A stretch of 64,000 bases of DNA from Bdellovibrionales bacterium (GTDB lineage Bacteria > Bdellovibrionota > Bdellovibrionia > Bdellovibrionales > JAUICD01). This document shows positions 60,268 through 64,000 of the stretch, one piece after another. The stretch covers positions 448,001 through 512,000 of the forward strand of contig OZ241865.1 in NCBI GenBank assembly GCA_965203275.1, in the 5' to 3' direction. Within the stretch, counting starts at the first letter, position 1; the number at the start of each line of letters is the position of its first letter. Made by a program: the position numbers and the translations under genes. The notes beneath the pieces are model-generated. The model was not told the DNA's origin. It saw only the letters and a list, made by a program, of their open reading frames with translations, and did no database searches.

Positions 60268-61091
60268 CCTCTGGCTACTTTTGGACATTGCTCTTTTTGG
60301 ACAGCGATAGCTGTCAGAGCAATGCCCAAAAACACACCAGAGGTGTGGCTCATTTTGAGTGAAATGTTAAGGAAAAAGTTCCTTTTTTTGTTTTTTTTAT
60401 TCTCTTTTAGATTCTGCGTAACTCTCAAAAAAAAAGTAATTAAGAGGAGGATGGGGGCAGAGGGAGACTGGAGATCTTCCGCAAATTGAGCTTGCTCCTC
60501 AAAACATTCTAGAAGCATATCTTGTTTCCCTAACATGGTGTTAGAAGCAAGGAGATCCGCCCTACTCAAAATGCATAGATTTTTGAGGCAATGACCATTT
60601 TGTCAAAGGCGAAAGCCTTTGCGGTCATTGCCCAAAAACATGCCAGAGGCATGATGTATTTTGAGTGAAAAAAATTGAGGACTTCGGAAGGCTCCCTCTG
60701 CCCTCATCCTCAAGTAAAAACAAAATGGAATAGCAGAATCAAAGGGTGGCGGGTGGGGTTAGGGGTTTGTTTCACTAAAAGTGGTCTGACCTCTGGTCAC
60801 TTTCTGGTTGCCAGCCGAAGGCTATTCGCCTTCTCAAATGCTGGCAACCTAGAAAGCCTGACCACTTTTAGTAGAAAGGATCTCTTCGTCTCTTGACTAC
60901 ATGTTAAGGAAAAAGTTCCCTCCTGACTGCCTGATGCCGGGTTGCCAGATTCCGGATCCCAGATCCCGGAAAAAGGATCCTTTCGTTTTTTGTTTTTTTT
61001 ATTATCTCTTAGATTCTGCGTAACTTTCAAAAAAAATATAAATGTTATGAGTGGAAGGCGGAGGCAGGCTGAAGGAGTTGTTTCACTAAAA
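60248..61091. repeat. Modular array: head-to-head fused element, module D interrupted by a forward element (60564-60670), reverse element 60771-60872, heptamers, module C
   Basis: Fills the whole gap between convergent mrp and acnA and overlaps both stop codons. Confidence 0.9.
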
Positions 61092-63737
61092 TGAATGTAA
61101 AACAAAATGCAAAATACTACCACTCTTGTAATAGTTCATCTCTGTCTGAGAATCAATCCGACATATTGTTGAAACATTCCACACTCGACCACCTGCACTT
61201 TCCAAACGAACAATCACTTCTTGACTAGGTCTAAGATCATCTAACTGAATACTGACTTTTTCTTCCCCTGTAAGAGATAAATGCTCCTTCAACTCCTTCA
61301 ACTGCAAAGGTAAAACACCCATTCCAATCAAGTTAGATCTATGGATTCTTTCAAAGCTTTTTGCAATAACTGCTTTAACTCCTAAAAGCTTTGTGCCTTT
61401 TGCTGCCCAATCTCTGGAAGAACCCATTCCATAATTTTGACCTGCAAATACAACAAGCGGTATGTGCATCTTTTGATATTCCATAGCTGCATCAAAAATA
61501 TTAATAGATTCATGAGGCTGCAAGCTAGCATAACATTTTGTAAAACCACCTTCTATCCCTGGCACCATCATATTTCTTAAACGGATATTACCAAAAGTCC
61601 CCCTCATCATCACTTCATGGTTTCCTCTCCTAGCACCAAAAGAATTAAACTGCCACTCCTCCACACCACAGGCTTTCAAATATTCTGCTGCAGGTGAGTT
61701 TAAAGGGATAGCCCCTGCAGGAGAGATGTGATCTGTTGTCAGATGATCCCCTAAAATAGCTAAAATGCGAGCTTTCTCTATATTGCTACTACCTTGTCCT
61801 GGCTTTTGAATATCTTCAAAAAAAGGTGGCTTCTTAATATAAGTGCTTTGATTTTGCCACTCATAGCATATTTGATCCGATACGTGAAATTCCTGCCAAG
61901 CTTTTGAACCTTTAAAAACATCCTGATACTTTTCTTTAAACATCTGAGGTGTTAAAAACTGCTCTAAAATAGACTGAACTTCTTGTTGACAGGGCCATAT
62001 ATCTTTTAAGTAAACAGGCTGGCCTGATAAAGATTGTCCTAGTGGATCTTTATAAAGATTAACTTTCATAGAACCAGCTAGTGCATAAGCCACAACCAAA
62101 CAAGGAGATGCCAGATAGTTAAATTTTGTTTGTGGGTTGACTCGCCCTTCAAAATTGCGATTGCCTGAAAGCACAGAACACACAATCAAATGATTGTCTT
62201 TAATAGCTTGAGAGATAGAAGATGGTAAAGGACCAGAATTACCTATACATGTTGTACAACCATATCCTACAAGGTGAAAGCCACAAGCATTTAACTCCTT
62301 TTGTAAACCTGACTTTTCAAGATATTCTGTGACCACTTGAGATCCAGGGGCTAAGGATGTTTTGCAATGAGGTTTCATCTTAAGTCCAAGTCTATTGGCT
62401 TTTTGAGCCATTAAACCTGCTGCAATCATAACAGAAGGATTGGATGTGTTTGTACAGCTTGTAATAGCTGCAATCACAATATCACCATCTGAAACTTCAC
62501 TTTTTTTGTCTTGTGTTTTTGAAGGACGACTTTTCAAAGTTTGTTTTTTGAATTCAACTTCAAACTGATCTGCTGCATGCTCTAGTTCGATACGATCTTG
62601 TGGTCGAAAGGGTCCTGCAATCGAAGATTTTACATCTGAAATATCCAAATCAAGAGTTTCTGTAAATTCTGGATCGGAATCTCCTTCTATGTTCCACCAA
62701 AGTCCTTGAGCTTGTGCATACGTTTTCACTAGTTGTATTTGTTCTGAAGATCGTCCTGTTAGTTTGAGGTAATTTAAAGTTTCTTGATCGATAGGGAAAA
62801 AACCACAGGTAGCTCCATATTCAGGAGCCATATTTGCAATGGTTGCCCTATCAGCTAAAGACAAATGTTGTAAGCCATGTCCGTAAAACTCCACAAACTT
62901 TCCTACTACACCTAGCTTCCTCAACTGCTCTGTGATATAAAGCACAAGGTCTGTAGCCGTAGAGCCTTCTTTAAGAGTGCCTCTCAGACATACACCCACC
63001 ACTTGAGGGATGAGGATAGTAATAGGTTGCCCTAAGAGAGCAGCTTCAGCTTCAATACCTCCAACCCCCCAACCTAAAACAGAAAGTCCATTGATCATAG
63101 TGGTATGACTATCTGTTCCTACAAGGGTGTCAGGGTAGATCGTCTGATTTTGTTTATTGGTCCAAACCACTTGTGCTAAATATTCCAAATTGACTTGATG
63201 ACATATACCTGTTCCTGGAGGGACAACACGAAAGTTTTTAAAAGATTGTTGTCCCCATTTTAAAAACTCATAGCGTTCTTTATTGCGTTCAAACTCTTTT
63301 TGCACATTGAAGTCAAAAGCTTTTGAAGACGCAAATTGATCAACAGAGACAGAATGATCAATCACAAGATCAACAGGAATCAAAGGATTGATTTTTTCTG
63401 GATCTGCTTGAGACTTTTCTGCTAAAGCATCTCGCATAGTTGCCAGATCTACAATTGCAGGAACTCCTGTAAAGTCTTGCATGAGGACCCTTGTAGGATG
63501 ATAAGCAATAGAGTGTTTGATTGTTTTATGATCTGTCCAAGAAGCAAGAGCTTTAATATCTTCAAGAGTGACTGTGTGACCATCTTCAAACCGCAAAAGA
63601 TTTTCTAAAAGAATCTTCAAGCTCTTAGGCAAACGATCGACCTGCCCCCACTTCTGAGCTTGTTGAAGACTATAATAGTTATAATGAAGATGACCTATTT
63701 GTAAAGAGTCTGTTGTTTGTTTTAGATGATCAGCCAT
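61086..63737 (-). CDS. acnA: Aconitate hydratase A
   Basis: RVLMQDFTGVPA, DLVIDHSV, GICHQVNLE, GTDSHT, AITSCTNTSNP, GCTTCIGNSG, TTDHISPAG, GSSRDWAAKG. Confidence 0.98.
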   Translation of the reverse strand: MADHLKQTTDSLQIGHLHYNYYSLQQAQKWGQVDRLPKSLKILLENLLRFEDGHTVTLEDIKALASWTDHKTIKHSIAYHPTRVLMQDFTGVPAIVDLATMRDALAEKSQADPEKINPLIPVDLVIDHSVSVDQFASSKAFDFNVQKEFERNKERYEFLKWGQQSFKNFRVVPPGTGICHQVNLEYLAQVVWTNKQNQTIYPDTLVGTDSHTTMINGLSVLGWGVGGIEAEAALLGQPITILIPQVVGVCLRGTLKEGSTATDLVLYITEQLRKLGVVGKFVEFYGHGLQHLSLADRATIANMAPEYGATCGFFPIDQETLNYLKLTGRSSEQIQLVKTYAQAQGLWWNIEGDSDPEFTETLDLDISDVKSSIAGPFRPQDRIELEHAADQFEVEFKKQTLKSRPSKTQDKKSEVSDGDIVIAAITSCTNTSNPSVMIAAGLMAQKANRLGLKMKPHCKTSLAPGSQVVTEYLEKSGLQKELNACGFHLVGYGCTTCIGNSGPLPSSISQAIKDNHLIVCSVLSGNRNFEGRVNPQTKFNYLASPCLVVAYALAGSMKVNLYKDPLGQSLSGQPVYLKDIWPCQQEVQSILEQFLTPQMFKEKYQDVFKGSKAWQEFHVSDQICYEWQNQSTYIKKPPFFEDIQKPGQGSSNIEKARILAILGDHLTTDHISPAGAIPLNSPAAEYLKACGVEEWQFNSFGARRGNHEVMMRGTFGNIRLRNMMVPGIEGGFTKCYASLQPHESINIFDAAMEYQKMHIPLVVFAGQNYGMGSSRDWAAKGTKLLGVKAVIAKSFERIHRSNLIGMGVLPLQLKELKEHLSLTGEEKVSIQLDDLRPSQEVIVRLESAGGRVWNVSTICRIDSQTEMNYYKSGSILHFVLHSF

Positions 63738-64000
63738 GATTTTCCTTTCATAACATTATATACACAATAAAGCTTGTGTCTGTCCTGGTCTTTTATGATT
63801 ATATGATAATTTAAAAATCTATAAAGGTCAATAGTTCTTCTTTTCATCTCTAAAAGTCTTTAAGGGAGATACTTTTGAGGATCAATAGGTTTTTTATTTT
63901 TTCTGAGTTCAAAATGAAGGTGAGGACCTGATGTCCTACCTGTCATGCCTATTGTTCCAATAGAAGAACCTCTTTGGATCAAGGCACCTTCTTTTACAAA

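Noticed and set aside
16670..61123. Short ORFs inside arrays (16670, 16931, 21522, 24039, 36120, 36720, 36914, 54335, 55248, 60264, 60675, 60797)
   Set aside because: They are translations of repeat modules in varying frames and strands, with no consistent start, SD or frame conservation

Overview
AT-rich bacterial chromosome segment. The Lon, DksA-like, BamA/Skp and housekeeping proteins read like Bdellovibrionota, and the secreted ankyrin proteins suggest a host-associated lineage (both are inferences from sequence recognition, not from a search). It carries about 40 CDS: bamA-skp, uvrB, HMG-CoA lyase, ruvC-ruvB (no ruvA between them), lon, argS, ileS-lspA-lgt, hmgA, lysS, class I aldolase, ogt, nfu, acyl-CoA dehydrogenase, mrp and acnA, plus tRNA-Arg(ACG). 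The most striking feature is non-coding. Roughly a tenth of the window (about a dozen intergenic arrays) is built from one modular repeat system. Its core is a ~100-nt three-way-junction element (about 19 near-complete copies) whose stems vary in sequence but keep their pairing through compensatory changes. Copies share a fixed end (...AGTGAA) and are variably truncated at the other end. They are chained with a TTCCTTAACA-N3-TGTTAA hairpin module, irregular GGGATCY heptamer tracts and a second long covarying hairpin. One copy is interrupted by nine head-to-tail 153-bp units. An Avd-like four-helix-bundle gene, an Rpn nuclease gene and several secreted ankyrin or effector-like genes sit inside or between these arrays. 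No transposase, reverse transcriptase or integrase was recognised in the window, so the mechanism is open.
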